From Azolla caroliniana (lineage: Eukaryota > Plantae > Polypodiophyta), in the NCBI GenBank assembly GCA_043228905.1, contig JBHGNT010000009.1, forward strand, positions 13,454,001-13,518,000: 64,000 nt of DNA, in the 5' to 3' direction. The translations under genes were made by a program, and so were the position numbers. Each line of letters begins with the position of its first letter. The stretch's first letter is position 1. Positions 1 to 12,315 of the stretch are shown in pieces. The notes beneath the pieces are model-generated. The model did no database searches. It saw only the letters and a list, made by a program, of their open reading frames with translations, and was not told where the DNA came from.

Positions 1-1920
1 TCAGCAGGAGACCACTCCGAAGAAGACGGCAAAACGCCGACAGATCCTGGAGAAACACACCCCGGGATGGACCCAGGAGGAAGGAGAATAGTAGGAGGAA
101 GGACCATCCCAATGGCAACCGGAACAGGCGCCGGCACAGGTGAAACCGACGGGGAAAGGAAAAGAAAAAACGGCAAAGAAGACCAACCGAGAACCGGCCG
201 AGGAAGAGCCGGTGGTGCACAAGCCGATCAAGATAATGCAGCGACGGCCGGAACCCGAACCAGAGGATTTCATACAAAAGGTCCGTCTGGGAACCGCACT
301 GGAGGAGGAAGCTGAGATAGAAGTCTCATCCGAACAACTGGTGAGACAACCACCAAGACAAGGACGGGAGAAACAGGCGAAAGGACCGGCTCTACCAGTT
401 GACGGTACTCAGCGACGGGCGAAGGGACCACCTCCAGTAGCCGGGGCGGAAGGAAAAAAGGACGAAGTCAGGACCGCACCGAAGGGGGCAGCACCGGAAC
501 CGGTTTTGCCGGATTCCAGAGAACCGGTCATTCCGGATATAAGGAATGAACGAGTAGCCGAACACTAATCTATAACGACTGACTGCAGGAAGAGAAGGAT
601 AGACTACGTCGACAGGCCGAGCAGGAAATAGAGCGGCTTCAGGAAGAACTCCGACAATAGAAGGACCGGGACGACCGGTTACGGGCTCAGGTGAACCGAC
701 GCCTGAAGCAGAAAACAGAGGATTTCGACAGACTGTACCGAGATCACAAGCAGGCCGAGTCGGACAACAAGAAACAGGGAGCAGAATACGACCGGCAGAT
801 AGAGAAGCTGAAAGAGCAGCTCAAGGAAACCCGACTGGATCTGGCCAAGACAATGGAGGAGTTAGATGTCAAGAAAGAGGCATTGTCGGCGGAAAAGACC
901 CTGGTGTCCGAGCAAAGGAAGGAGTTGGAGGCAGTTCGGCAGGAGAAGTTGGAAATAACAAAGTATCGGAATGAAGAAAAGGAACGGTCTACGTACGTGA
1001 TCAACAAACTGCAAAGTACCTATGAAAGGAAGGCAGCGGAATACGAAGCCCAGGCCCAGGCAACGGCTGCGATTATAAAACGGGCAAGAAAGGAAAAGCA
1101 AGAAGCATATGCACAGGCTAAAGTAGGGGCGGACCGGATCTAGCTCATCATGTCATCATGGAGTAACTGAGCGCAGGCTAGCATCAACAAAAGCACTGAG
1201 AAGCTATGGAAGGAGTGGTCGCAACAGGCAGCCGAGCTGCAGACACTCCGAGCGGACGCTGAGAATTGGAGGAAGACGGGTGACAAGTTTTACAAGATGG
1301 ATGAAGAAAGTATCGTCACTATTCGGGAAGAATTGTCGGAGGATTTCTTCGATTTGGCAGAAGAACATCTAAAGCAGATCCGAGGGTTGGTGGAAAGGCT
1401 GGATGACGGGCAACTCGCAACTCAGTTGGAGTTGGAGAAGTACGAGCAGGACCGCTTACGACAGGAAGCCGAGGAAAAAACGACGCTGATCGCTATAAGG
1501 GAGGAAGAGCGACCGGCTGAAGCTGAACCAACCGACACCGAACAACCCCGACAGGGAATACCCGAAGAAGAGCTTCCGGTCCAAGAAAATCAAGAGGAGC
1601 AGTTGCAGACCGATGCCGGGGAAGAAGAGGAGCTAGGACAAGGGAACACCAGGTCGGAGGAAGAAGTAGCACCAAACCGGCTTGTCGAGACCGGGGAAAG
1701 CGACACCGGTAACAGAACAGAGCCCGGAACGGAAGAAGAACAAGAGGAACCCGGACAGAGCGGAGAGGAAGCACCGGCACCACAGAACCAAGAAGAGCCG
1801 GAGCAGCAACCAATTCAACCGGAGGTTGGAGAAGAGGCAGGCAAGGAACGGGAACCCGAGGAAGAGGCACCACTTGACACTTTCGAGCGGACCTTGCTCG
1901 ACATTTTGGAGGAAGACTGA
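1..1920 (+). pseudogene. Interrupted long low-complexity ORF (Pro/Glu-rich, then coiled-coil, then acidic tail); probable extra 3' ORF of an LTR retrotransposon entering from the left
   Basis: ORFs 140-568, 691-1143 and 1297-1920 are separated by short stretches with stops. E/K/R/Q heptad-like composition. Ends directly before an LTR-like segment. Confidence 0.45.
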
Positions 1921-2334
1921 GGCCGTGTGTGGGTTCGAAGTGCAAAGCAATTTCCCACGTGCGTGCCATGTGTTGGCCGGTTAGAAGTGGAAGGACAAGT
2001 GGGAAGGCGGAATCGGATAGAATAATATAAAGTAAATATTAGTAGATTTATTATTCGGAGGCACGGATCCGGACCGATTCGGATGCCGGTTGCCTAAGCG
2101 CACCGTTTTGTAATCTTGCCGGATGCCTATAAAAGGATCCGATGAATTGTAATAAGTTTTTAACGGAAGTAATACAAGCTTAACTATTTGTGATTATTTT
2201 AGTGTCTGTATTGTCTTACCGGCTGGGCTAATTGTAACTATCTTACGCGTGTACTCTAACATCCAATCCTAACCACCCCTTTGGAGAAGTGTCGGAAAGA
2301 CACCTGTGTTGGGGCTAGTCCGGCTAGCAAGACA
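1921..2334 (+). repeat. Probable LTR of the left-hand element (boundaries approximate)
   Basis: TG start after a purine-rich tract, TATAAAAGG near 2128, ends ...CAAGACA; sequence then switches abruptly to an antisense gag. No partner LTR in the window. Confidence 0.35.
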
Positions 2335-4192
2335 ACAATAATCCTGTCAACAACATTCAGGCTACGTTGCTGTTGTTGGCCTCCTCAACCCATTCTTTAG
2401 CCGCTTTGCTTACAACCTCTTGCACTTCCCACTTTGATTGTTTACCCTTGCTACGAGTGGTCACTTGCTGTATTTTTGTCACGACTATATTTACAGCCGG
2501 TGCGTTGCCTTTATTCTTTGTTGGGCATTCTTTAGCATAATGATCCTCCTTTCGGAAAAGGCAAGTCGGCATCGATGAGCCACCCGACTCACGGGGTTCA
2601 CATTGAGGTTGGCGAGCATCTTGAGATTCAAAGTTATCTTTGTCTCTAGAAGCATGCTAGAACTATCGAGATCCTTTCGACTTCTGGTTATCATTGAATC
2701 GACGAGTTGATGGGTGATTTTCATTATTACTTCTGTGATTGGTGGACCTTCTATTGTCTTGATATCGACCACCCCTATAAGGTTTCCGATTATTACTATC
2801 CCGTCGGGGTGACTAATCCCGTTCATAATTGTTCTGACTATTGCGCTGATAGTCATCTTGTCGGTCATCTTCTGGACGATATCCATTATATGTCATCACG
2901 CCGATAATCATCGCGTCTATAATCGTCTCTCCGATTATCATCCCTGCGACTCTCATTTTTGCGACTATCATCGTGCCGCTCTGATCAATACCGATCATCA
3001 TATCTTGGTCGATCGTCTTCTTGCCACCGATGCCATGACCGATTTTGATCCTCCTGAACATTATTCTCATGGTGAATCTGTCAAATTGATGTGGTTGCCT
3101 TGTTGAGAAAATTATGCTCACATTGGTCTACCGAATGAGCCTTGGAATGGAAAATCGTACAATGAGTACGTAAATTGCATTCCATCGTCGAATGCCCGGT
3201 GTTGAGACAAGTGGTACATTGCACCGCAACTCTTCTAATGTAGGTAAATTTTTGTACAATGCTGACATATTCATACTATTATTAGTACGATCCATTGCTA
3301 AAGATTTGTCTATCACTTGCTCTAGTGATTGATTTCGAAAGTAAAGCAACATTAGAGTTTTTGGAGAGGCTCACGTATCGCTTCCAAGAAGATATCCTTT
3401 AGCTCTTCCCCTGGATTGGTCACGAAATTTGAAGTCGCAGATTTTGAAACTGAATCACAAATTGTGACACCGTTTCATGAGGCTGCTAATATGCCGCCAA
3501 AACTTCGCTAATTAGATCCTTTTGTGGAATCTATCGATGAAATAATTGGGTAAACGTTGCAACTAACTCTCGAATGAGTCGAACGCCTTTGGCCCTTTCT
3601 GGGCATACCAATTCGCCGACGGACCGTCAAGCGATAATACGAACTCAACGATTTTTTATTTTTCTTCGGTTGGAGGCGACAGTTGCTATGCCACATGGTT
3701 CACCTCCCATGTCATCAGAAAATCGCGCACACGCGTTTCTAGATCGGCTCCATCCTGAAGTAAGGGTAAGGCATATTGTTCTCTCGCCAAATGTTAAAAA
3801 AAGAACTATGTTCGGATTGCTCCTCATCCGAATGACTATCAGTTAAATAAGGAATTGCACTCCACTCCCCTCAGCTTCTTGCTGAGTTTGGTTGATAGGT
3901 ACCGAATTGTCAGCACTCCCACTTGCTACACGTTGGGTCTCCAATCGTGTGCGTGGTCTTTTGCGGCCTATAGGTGTAACCGGACTAGACGACATCAATT
4001 CCCCTTGATCGTTGCGTATAGTAGATGTAACCGGGCATGCCAAATTATTGTGTTGATCTGCCGACAGTTGAATACTATAACCGACAGACACAATATGTCG
4101 AAAGTTCTACCTTGAATGTTCTATCAAGATGATTGTGGTGAGAAATAAAAAGAATTGCTAGTCGGTAATTGGAACTGCTTACTAAGTCACCA
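2335..4192 (-). pseudogene. gag: Degenerate Ty3/Gypsy gag plus leader
   Basis: Zinc-knuckle remnant CLFRKEDHYAKECP (2357-2572), Arg/Asp-rich linker, retrotransposon-gag-like fragments at 3128-3827. TGGTGACT PBS-like sequence directly after the LTR end at 4192. Confidence 0.65.
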
Positions 4193-4598
4193 TGATTGAC
4201 TATTTGCCTTAATATAATTAATTAGTAGACACACAATCAGAGTGCGACATAGATAACTGTACATAATACTAAGAACACAGTCGAAAGGGATATAGTCTAA
4301 CTACTAACTTATATTAATTGTAAATAGAATGATAGGATTACAATGCTCTTGGTTCCTTTTTATAGGTGATCCGAGAGTCGCTCTTCAAGATTTTACACTT
4401 GCCGTGTTCGACAAGACTACAACAAAGTTGTCCTAACTAATTCTACTATTTTTCCTACTTATCAAAATATATATTATTTCATTTCTAACTCATCGATCTG
4501 ACTCCAAAAATTTCATACTTGTTCGACTCTGAACCTTGTCGGCTCCACCTTCTTTTCACATATGTCTAACTCTGATCTTGGTAGCCAACCGACTAACA
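4193..4598 (-). repeat. 5' LTR of the minus-strand Gypsy; truncates the DNA-transposase relic
   Basis: Minus strand begins TGTTAGTCGG (4598), ends GTCAATCA (4193), followed by TGG. TATAAAAAGG near 4360. Confidence 0.6.
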
Positions 4599-5284
4599 AT
4601 TGAATTTCATTCTGCTGCTTGAAAGTATAATTTTCAACGAAATCTACTACCGACTACTACATCATTTGGAAAATAAGATATGCAAGTGTTAAACTGACAG
4701 GTCTGCCATGAATAAATGAAGTTGTGTTTGATGAACTTTCCTAGAGATACTACAAATAGAGACGCGAAGTCCCATGGTTTAAGTGACTTCCTAACTTTAT
4801 CATTTCTTTTACACAACTTTCCTCTGAAATTGGTGTCCACAGACTCAAATAACTTGACATATATTAATATTTCACCACTCAACTCTTTTGGACACCACCT
4901 AAATCTAGTAGGTCCACAATCTTGACATAAACCCATGACACATTTATAATTGTGGAAGATAGCTTCATATTCTCTCGGACACAATATTGAATATAAAAGA
5001 CCACTCATGGAAGAGATAACATGCTCTGATAATTTACAATGCTCTTGCAGGCTAGATCGACAAATTTGGCACTCACAAGAGCAAACTGCATCCTCTAGGG
5101 AGGAGCTATGGTGACGTAGTAGATTAACAGAATCCTTGAGAAAACCCATTTGTACATGGTAAATGCAACAACACGTGTATCGATCTTTCAATCATCTCAC
5201 AAAGTGTGGCTTAAGAGACTCGAATGTTCGTGGTTCAACTTTGATATTTGGATGCATTCGCTTAAACATAATAAATAAATCTAC

Positions 5285-6228
5285 CTACGTAATAAAAAGG
5301 GAGTCTAGAAAATATTTTGATGTTATTTGATGTAGCTAGTTAGATATAGTGTGGTAGCTAGTTAGCTATGATCATACTCTCGTGTAGCTAATTAGCTATT
5401 TTGATGTAGCTAATTAGCTATTACTAGTACCTAATTAGCTATGATCAAATTCTGATGTAGCTAATTAGCTATGATCAAATTCTGATGTAGCTAACTAGCT
5501 ATGATCAAATTCTGATGTAGCTAATTAGCTATTACCAGTAGCTATTACCAGTAGCTAATTAGCAATTGTGGTAGTTAATTAGCTCATAATAGCTAATTAG
5601 CTATTGCAGTAGCTAATTAGTTGATAATAGCTAGTTAGCTATTACTAGTAGCTAGTTAGCTATGGTCATATTCTGATGCTAATTAGCAACGGTTGTAGCT
5701 AATTAGCTATTACTAATAGATAATTAGCTATTAATTACCTATTAAGAGTAGCTAATTAGTTATCATGGTAGCTAATTACCTATTACCAGTAGCTAGTTAG
5801 CTATGATCAAATAATGATGTACTAATTAACTATTACCAGTAACTAATTAGCTACTACAAGTAGCGAATTGGCTATTACCAATAACTAGTAGGAGACACAC
5901 TTAGCTAAACCGATTATGTACATAAGTAGGAGACATAGCTATCTAGAACTAATGTTGCTAACTAGCTATGCCCCTACCTTTTGTAGCAAATTAGCTATGG
6001 CCAACACCGTATGTTGGTAATTACCTAAGCTGTATCTCTAATGTAGCTATTTACCAAATTATCGTTTACGATGACTGAATGTAGCTAATCAGGCACATCC
6101 TAATGTAGATAGAAGGTCAGGCCACTAGTTATTGCAGCTAATTACCTAGTGATTGTAATCTCAATAGTGCATAGACCTGTGACAATAAGCTCAATAATCA
6201 AAACAAAAGATGAGATAAATGTAAATAC
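5285..6228 (-). other. Predicted phase-0 GT-AG intron of the transposase gene
   Basis: Donor GTATTT at 6228; pyrimidine-rich acceptor ...TTTTTATTACGTAG ending at 5285; the reading frame joins across it. Confidence 0.65.
5330..6150. repeat. Degenerate TAGCTAATTAGCTA palindromic repeat array, including three 30-bp tandem units (5431-5520)
   Basis: Dozens of AGCT/AATT palindromes; CTAATTAGCTATGATCAAATTCTGATGTAG x3. Confidence 0.9.
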
Positions 6229-7699
6229 CTAAGGTACATCAAGAAGATGAATGGGATGCTCCTCGTATTGACTCCTTCCAACTCGTTTCCTGCATAAATC
6301 CTTGTTATTTGGTGAAACCCTACTCTCATTAGTCCGAAATATGGTGATTATATCCTTGATTTCTAATGATATGGGTGTCACTGGATTACATCTTGTTGTT
6401 AGCTTTAGCAGCCTAGTTCTTTAACCACTTGATTTAATCTGGTTCATTGTATTGTACACGCTTTTTCTACTAACACCGATTACCTTAGATAGCACATTGA
6501 TGTTAAGATCGTGAACCTCACTACTAAGTAACATCATTAGACTAGACATTCTCAAGACAATATCATCTTTTGACCTTCTCATGGATACGAAACTATTACG
6601 GAGATTATTTACTAGTACAGATGTTGTGTTTGCATTGAGACCATCACAATCAACTAACTCCTTTATCGATGGATCATTTAAAATTCCATAAAGTATTACA
6701 TTCTTGTCTTCATTGCTTATGTGCTTAGTTTGAACGTTGAAATAGTTTACAACCTTTCTCTCTATGATAGTAGTCTCATTATTTCCATTCTCAGTGGTAT
6801 TTAGACCTATGTTGGAACCAATACTATCCTTACCTTTAGTGAACGTGTCTTTCTTATCCTTTAACATTGGACAATGTTTCCTTTTTGTTCTGCCCAATAC
6901 TTTCGTATCGCATGTTGTGTACTGATAGTGTCATCCCTATCATGATGATCCATGAGGGTTGTTGGTAAACACCCTCCTTTCCCTTCCATTTGGCTTGACA
7001 TATTCATTAGTAAATTGAAACAAAAAAAGACATGTAGCTAGTTACTATACCACATGCAAACCGGTTATTGACAGGACTGATCCCACCACTTGCAAGAGCA
7101 CATAGTGGCGGTAAGTTTATGTTTGCTGCAATGGAGTGAAAGCTACTCAACCACCGTTGGGAACAAACAATGATGGCTATTTGCAACAACAATACACAAA
7201 ATTACTCTGCAATACACAAGATTATACACAACAATACACAAGATAATGAACAGACAAAGATGTAGATGCAATGGCTACCAGTTGGAGCGAACAATTTAAG
7301 TACGCTAGAACTGAACAATAGTGACAACTGAGCGTACATTGGCCACAATAGGAACTAACTCAGTCAAATGGAACAGTGGCAACAATCCAGAATCGAACAG
7401 TAGCAGCGACAACTAAACAATGGCGGCAACTGAGTGTAGAATGGAAGAAATGGAGGAGTGAACTCAATAGGAGTGAACAATGGCAGTAATCTAAGCTTGA
7501 ATAGTCACAAAGTGATGGCCAAGGTGATGTGGCAATGGATCATGAATAATGGACCTAGGAATTTGGCATATAATTTATGGTGCACATTTATATAATTAAA
7601 ACATTCTAATGTTTTCATGTATGGTGCAAAAATGACTATTTATCACTGGTAGCTGTTTGCACAGCTAATTAGCTATGTCAAGGACACAACTAATTGTTC

Positions 7700-7868
7700 C
7701 CACTTCCATGCTTTCACCCTTTACTTAATATTTAAAATCCTAGTAATAAATTGGAATAGTTTAAAATAGATTAGTGTAGATTAGGAAAAGAGATTCAAAA
7801 CTTGTGAATCCCACGAGTATAATATATTAATCAACCCTTATAGAAAAAAATCAACAACCACAACACGT
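7700..7868 (-). repeat. Left part of an old LTR of the Trp-primed Gypsy family, split by the 7869-13039 insertion
   Basis: Contains the reverse complement of the family motif TCGTGGGATTCAC and continues seamlessly at 13044. Confidence 0.7.
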
Positions 7869-8592
7869 TGTCGCGTTGCTACGCGCGTGCGTGGCGAAGG
7901 GCGGGACCACGGGGGTCTTGGACTAAGGAGTAGAGGAGAAGGAATTGCACATGGAATGGAAGCTTTGCTCAAGAAGAAGAAGAATGAACAAGAGATTAGA
8001 TCGAACAAGAGGAAGATGGAGACAAGATGATCAACAAGATATATTAAAACGAAATGAACGATTACAAAAATGGTGGCCGCATAGGCCGCACCGAACGACT
8101 ACTCGAAACCCTAACCGAAGAATATGAAGATAAAGATGAAGAAACCCTAACCCTAACCCTAACGCTCGACCTATGTTGTATACCTCGCACACTCAGAAAA
8201 AGGCAAACCCCACAATGGTGTCTTCCCTCTCCTTTTATAGCACAAGGAGGGAAGACCGTTTACAAAAGTGAGACTAAAATATCCCCCTTTCATTCAAAGG
8301 GGGTATTTGCCTTGATTTGGGGAGGGTGAGATTGATGGCCCCCTTAACTCCCACCTCCTCACAAACAACTAGGTACCTATGTACCGCATAGTACCTCTCT
8401 CTCTCTCTCGCGTGGATGTGCACACAAGACCACATCACCTTTATACCTTAGGGATCTTATGGGGCATTTCTAGCACCATACCCTTTACCCTTATTATTAT
8501 TACAAATACATTATGTACGTGTGCAACGTTGCACATCGCTCTTTGGCTCTCGTTGCTCGGGTTTCCGCTTGTGGACGAAAATCTTCACGACA
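7869..8592 (-). repeat. 3' LTR (724 bp)
   Basis: Direct repeat of 12316-13039 with about 17 substitutions by eye; preceded on the minus strand by the PPT. Confidence 0.95.
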
Positions 8593-9578
8593 TCCGCCCC
8601 CACCTAACTGCACATCCTCCGGTATGTGCCAAAACATAGGGGAGAGAACATGAGATTTTCGACCACGACGACTGACCGAGTCCTTAGCGTCCTCGTGGGC
8701 CCGCCCGGTTTTGTCTTCCACTTCGAGCAAGAGCACCCCGTCCAAACGAACCACCGCCGCCTTCCGGTTCACCATCCTCGCTGAATGGTCTCGAACCGTC
8801 GGCGCCATCTGATCCGCCACACTCGAAGATGTTCGCCGAGTCGTTGCCTCTAGCCAATCTGCCACGTCCACTGTGGGTCTTTGAACCTCCGACTACATCC
8901 GACCCGTCGTATCCGATGCCCGTGCTTTCCTTCCCCTTCGGTCCTCCCGAACGCCATCGCCGACCCGGTTGCTCTTCCTTTGTCCGCCTCGTATATCCTT
9001 CGGATGCGCTCCCGGTTGCATGCCGGATTCCGCCCTTTGCGTGCCGCACACCTCGGCCTGCCGACTCTCTCTGTTCCGCGCTTGCCTTCCGTAGGCTTTC
9101 CCCGTATGTCGATGCTCTCCTCCGAATGCGTGCTCGTGCTTCGGTCCTTCACTGAACCCATCACGCGCTTTTCGCTTTCCCCTTGTTCGCTGTGCTCTCT
9201 CGTAGTAGAGTGTATCGTCATCCCGACCTCCATGTCGGTGTCCCTCGAGGCTCTCGTTATTGCCTCACCTCAACTTGCACCCTCTTGGCCCGCTTGGCCT
9301 TGTATGTCCTCCGGGAAGCCGCCGCGCTTTCTCTTCCCGGTGTTTACCCCGTTGTTCTCCGCGCATCTCCTCCGTTTTCCTAGATACGACTCTCCGCTTA
9401 TGCCGATCGCTCTTGGCCCATGTCGTCGATCTTGGTGTTTCGCCGGGCCGTCCTTCGTCCTGCGCTTGCCTCTCGAAGGCTTGACCCAACCGTCATCGTC
9501 GGTCAATCGTTGTCGCCCATCCACCGTATGCATGCTTGTGTCTTGGCCCTCCACCGGCTGTATTGCATGCGTCTCGTG

Positions 9579-10397
9579 TCACGCTTCCGCCGTAAAGCCG
9601 ACCTCCGCGTCGGTCTCCAACTCCTCGCCGCCACCCACCGTTGCCTCGTTCTCCTTTCGATCCGCGACCGTCGATGCCTCACGGGTAGGTGTGGAGGGTT
9701 CCTCCCACTCTCGGTCCACCACCGAGTCCTCGCCTCTCAAAGGCTCAATCGGTCCACCGTTTCCGGTCACTCGTTGACGCTCTCTTGGATGCATGCTCGT
9801 TCTTGGGCCCTTCATTGACCGTAATGCATGCTTCGTGTTACGCCCTTCATCCGCCGTAGACCCGACCTCCGCGTCAGCCACTTCTTCCTTTGTCACCGTA
9901 GCCCGTTCCAACCCGGGCTCGCCATCTTGAACCCGCTCGTCCATCATCTCATACCGGATACCCGCTCCGATAACTTTGTCCGCTTCGGCCTCCGACTCCT
10001 CGCCGCCACCCGCCGTCTCTCTGGTCTCACGTTGATCCGCAACCGCCGAAGTCTCTAAAATGGGTGTGGAAGGTCCCTCTCGCTCTTGGTCTTCTAGCAA
10101 GTCGTGATCACCGTGCCCACTAGGCCTCCTCAATATGCTCACTGGCTCTCGTCGCGTGTTGTGACCCGTCCTCCTCGATCTCCAATCATGCCGACTTAGC
10201 CTTCGCCCGGATCGGTCTCGGCCGATCGAGTTCCGGTTTGGTCGGCTCCCTTCCGTAATCGTAACCGGCTGGTACATGTTTGTCCGCACAAATCTGGCCT
10301 TGCCGGTTCTTCTTCGGTTTGGGCCCGGTTGACCGGACCCCGCTTCACCCTTCTTCCGCTCCGCCTCCCGGTCGGGTCGAATTACCGACCGGCTCAT
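9579..10397 (-). CDS. Unknown low-complexity ORF (272 aa) with an internal duplication, inside the non-autonomous element
   Basis: Duplicated PSTP..E.S.VAD..E...T.GGGEE.E..A motif; related sequence at 49375-50007. Confidence 0.35.
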   Translation of the reverse strand: MSRSVIRPDREAERKKGEAGSGQPGPNRRRTGKARFVRTNMYQPVTITEGSRPNRNSIGRDRSGRRLSRHDWRSRRTGHNTRREPVSILRRPSGHGDHDLLEDQEREGPSTPILETSAVADQRETRETAGGGEESEAEADKVIGAGIRYEMMDERVQDGEPGLERATVTKEEVADAEVGSTADEGRNTKHALRSMKGPRTSMHPRERQRVTGNGGPIEPLRGEDSVVDREWEEPSTPTREASTVADRKENEATVGGGEELETDAEVGFTAEA

Positions 10398-10400
10398 CTT

Positions 10401-12279
10401 TCAGTCGGTTCGGTTCCCGACTCGCTCCTCGATGCTGCTCCGGACCTCTCCTTCGGCCTTTTCGCACGTGCCCACTCCAGGCCTCTCATCCTCATGGCCA
10501 CCGCCCATCTCTCCGGTCTTATGTCCGCGCTCGGGCGCAACCGCCGAAGTCTCCGGCCCCGGTGTCGAGGGATCTCGCCTCCGTCCGCTACAAACCTCCT
10601 CTTCGTCATTTTGGTTGCCCGCCTTGCCGCCGCCACCGTCTGTCTCTCTAGGTCTCACACCGGCTCTCGGGCCAGTTGCCGGAGTCTCTAGGACCGTTGT
10701 GTGGAAGGTCGCGGCATCGCCGCTCGTCTCCTCTTCTTCCTCGATTTCACAAGCCTCAAGTATGCTCGCGAAATCCTCGTAGAACGTTTCGGGCAACCGC
10801 GTCCCGAAACTTTCGCCAACTCTCGAGGTGGCGTCCATTGCTTCGTAGATATCGGCCTCATCCATGGCCGTCCTCTTTCCGCAAGTCGAGAGGGTCGCTC
10901 GCTCCGCACCCTCTCCCACATCGTCGCCATGGTCACCCGCCTTGCCGCCGCCACCGTTCGTTACCCTAGGTCTCACACGGGCACTCGGGCCGGCCACCGG
11001 GGTCTCTTGAACCGGTGCGTGTAAGGTAGCAACGCCGCCGCTCGTCGATGCTATGTCCGTAGCCACCTCCATTCGGACATCGTCGTCCGTGGCTACCCCG
11101 CCTTTGTATATGCAAGCATCAATTATGCTTGCCGCGTCCTCTTCCACGGTCTCCTTACCATTGTCTCGGTTGCCCGCCTTGCCACCGCCACCGCCCGTCG
11201 CTCTAGGTCTTACGCCGGCAATCGGGCCGACCGCCGGTGCCTCTAGGGCCGATGTGTGTAAGGTCGCGGCACCGCCTCTTGTCTCCTCCTCGCTCGATGT
11301 TTCGGGCCACCATGTCCCGAATCCGTAGTTACTGGCCTCCATGGCCGTCCATTCGCTGCAAGACGAGAGGGTCGGTCTTTCCACACCCTCTCCCATGTCA
11401 CCATCGTGGTCGCCCGCCTTGCCGCCGCCACCGCCCGTCACTCTAGGTCTCAAACCGGCTCTTGGGCCGGTTGCCGGAGTCTCTAGGCCCGGTGTGCGTA
11501 AGGTCCCGGCACCACCACCCGTCTTCTCCCTGCTCGATGTTTCGCGCCTCCATGCCCGAACTCCCTCATGTTCGCTCGAACCGGCGATCGCCGCCTCACC
11601 GTCCCCGACCTCGTCCTCGGTCGATCTTTCTCCGCATGTCGAGAGGGTGGCTCGGTCCGCACCCTCTCCCGTGGTACCGATGTACCATTCTCTTTCGGCC
11701 TCTTCATCCTCCGATCCGCTCGGCCCCGACTCCGCAATAAGCCCTTCTTCGGCTTCGATTTGTGCCTCTACGATCTCGTACGCTTCCCGCACCAAGGCTT
11801 CGATGTTGAGCTCCTCCGAACCGATTTGCGTTGAGCCCTCTTCCGGCGGTAGTGCGTAGTCGGTCGCCGCTCTCTCTTCTCCGCCGGTCGCAGGCCGCAT
11901 TGTGGCCGACCGCCTCTCATCGCATTGTATGCACGCCCATTCCACCTCGTTCCCATCTTCGGTGAGGCCGTACGCCCCTTCATTGTCTTCGAGGAGGGAA
12001 AAATGGCCATTCTCCCCCTTTCGTTGACCGACTTCAAGAATAGTGGGACCTTGTCTGCCCCCACCGATTCTTGATCCCGGACCGAAAGTTGGGAAAACCG
12101 GAGATCGAACTCCCGGAATGCCTTCATTGCGCTTCGAGGAGCCTTTGCCGACGACACCCATAGATCGAACTCGCGTCGATCGTACTTGTACGCCTTTTGC
12201 CGTCTTTCTCTCCTTCTTGCGAAATCCCTTGCCATTCTCGTAATTACTTCCGCGATGTCTCCAGCTTCCATCTCCTTCC
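10401..12279 (-). CDS. gag: Truncated gag N-terminus continuing, via a frameshift near 12000, into a long repetitive acidic/Gly-rich ORF
   Basis: RREFDLWV..FREFDLRFSQLSVRDQ..DKVPLFLKSV and LLEDNEGAYGLTED align with gag RRGFEDWV..FESRFGRFSARDQ..DKVIMFLRAV..LLEDTTTESGITE of 26578-28617. Followed by 4 x ETPATGPRAGVRPR..GGGGKAG. Confidence 0.65.
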
Positions 12280-12293
12280 TCCCTTGCCACCTC

Positions 12294-12311
12294 TTCACGT
12301 CGGGTTCACCA
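12294..12311 (-). promoter_or_regulatory. Primer binding site, tRNA-Trp
   Basis: TGGTGAACCCGACGTGAA, complementary to the plant tRNA-Trp 3' end (..TCACGTCGGGTTCACCA); 4 nt from the LTR. Confidence 0.8.
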
Positions 12312-12315
12312 AAGA

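Larger units (their letters stand above)
4599..6897 (-). mobile_element. Sola2-like cut-and-paste DNA transposase pseudogene, two exons
   Basis: Motifs in order: NESRVSPNNKDLCRKR..EHPIHLLD | VDLFIMFKRMHPNIKV..FESLKPHFV..DRYTCCCIYH..C-rich segment..HNFIYSWQ..VVDFVENYTFKQQNEIQ (DFVENY at 4627-4644). This matches the DFxENY-type transposases I recall as Sola2. Contains stops and a frameshift. Confidence 0.6.

Noticed and set aside
8107-8163. (CCCTAA)3 as a vertebrate-type telomere insertion
   Set aside because: Present in both LTRs, so it is an LTR-intrinsic telo-box-like motif rather than a repair scar.
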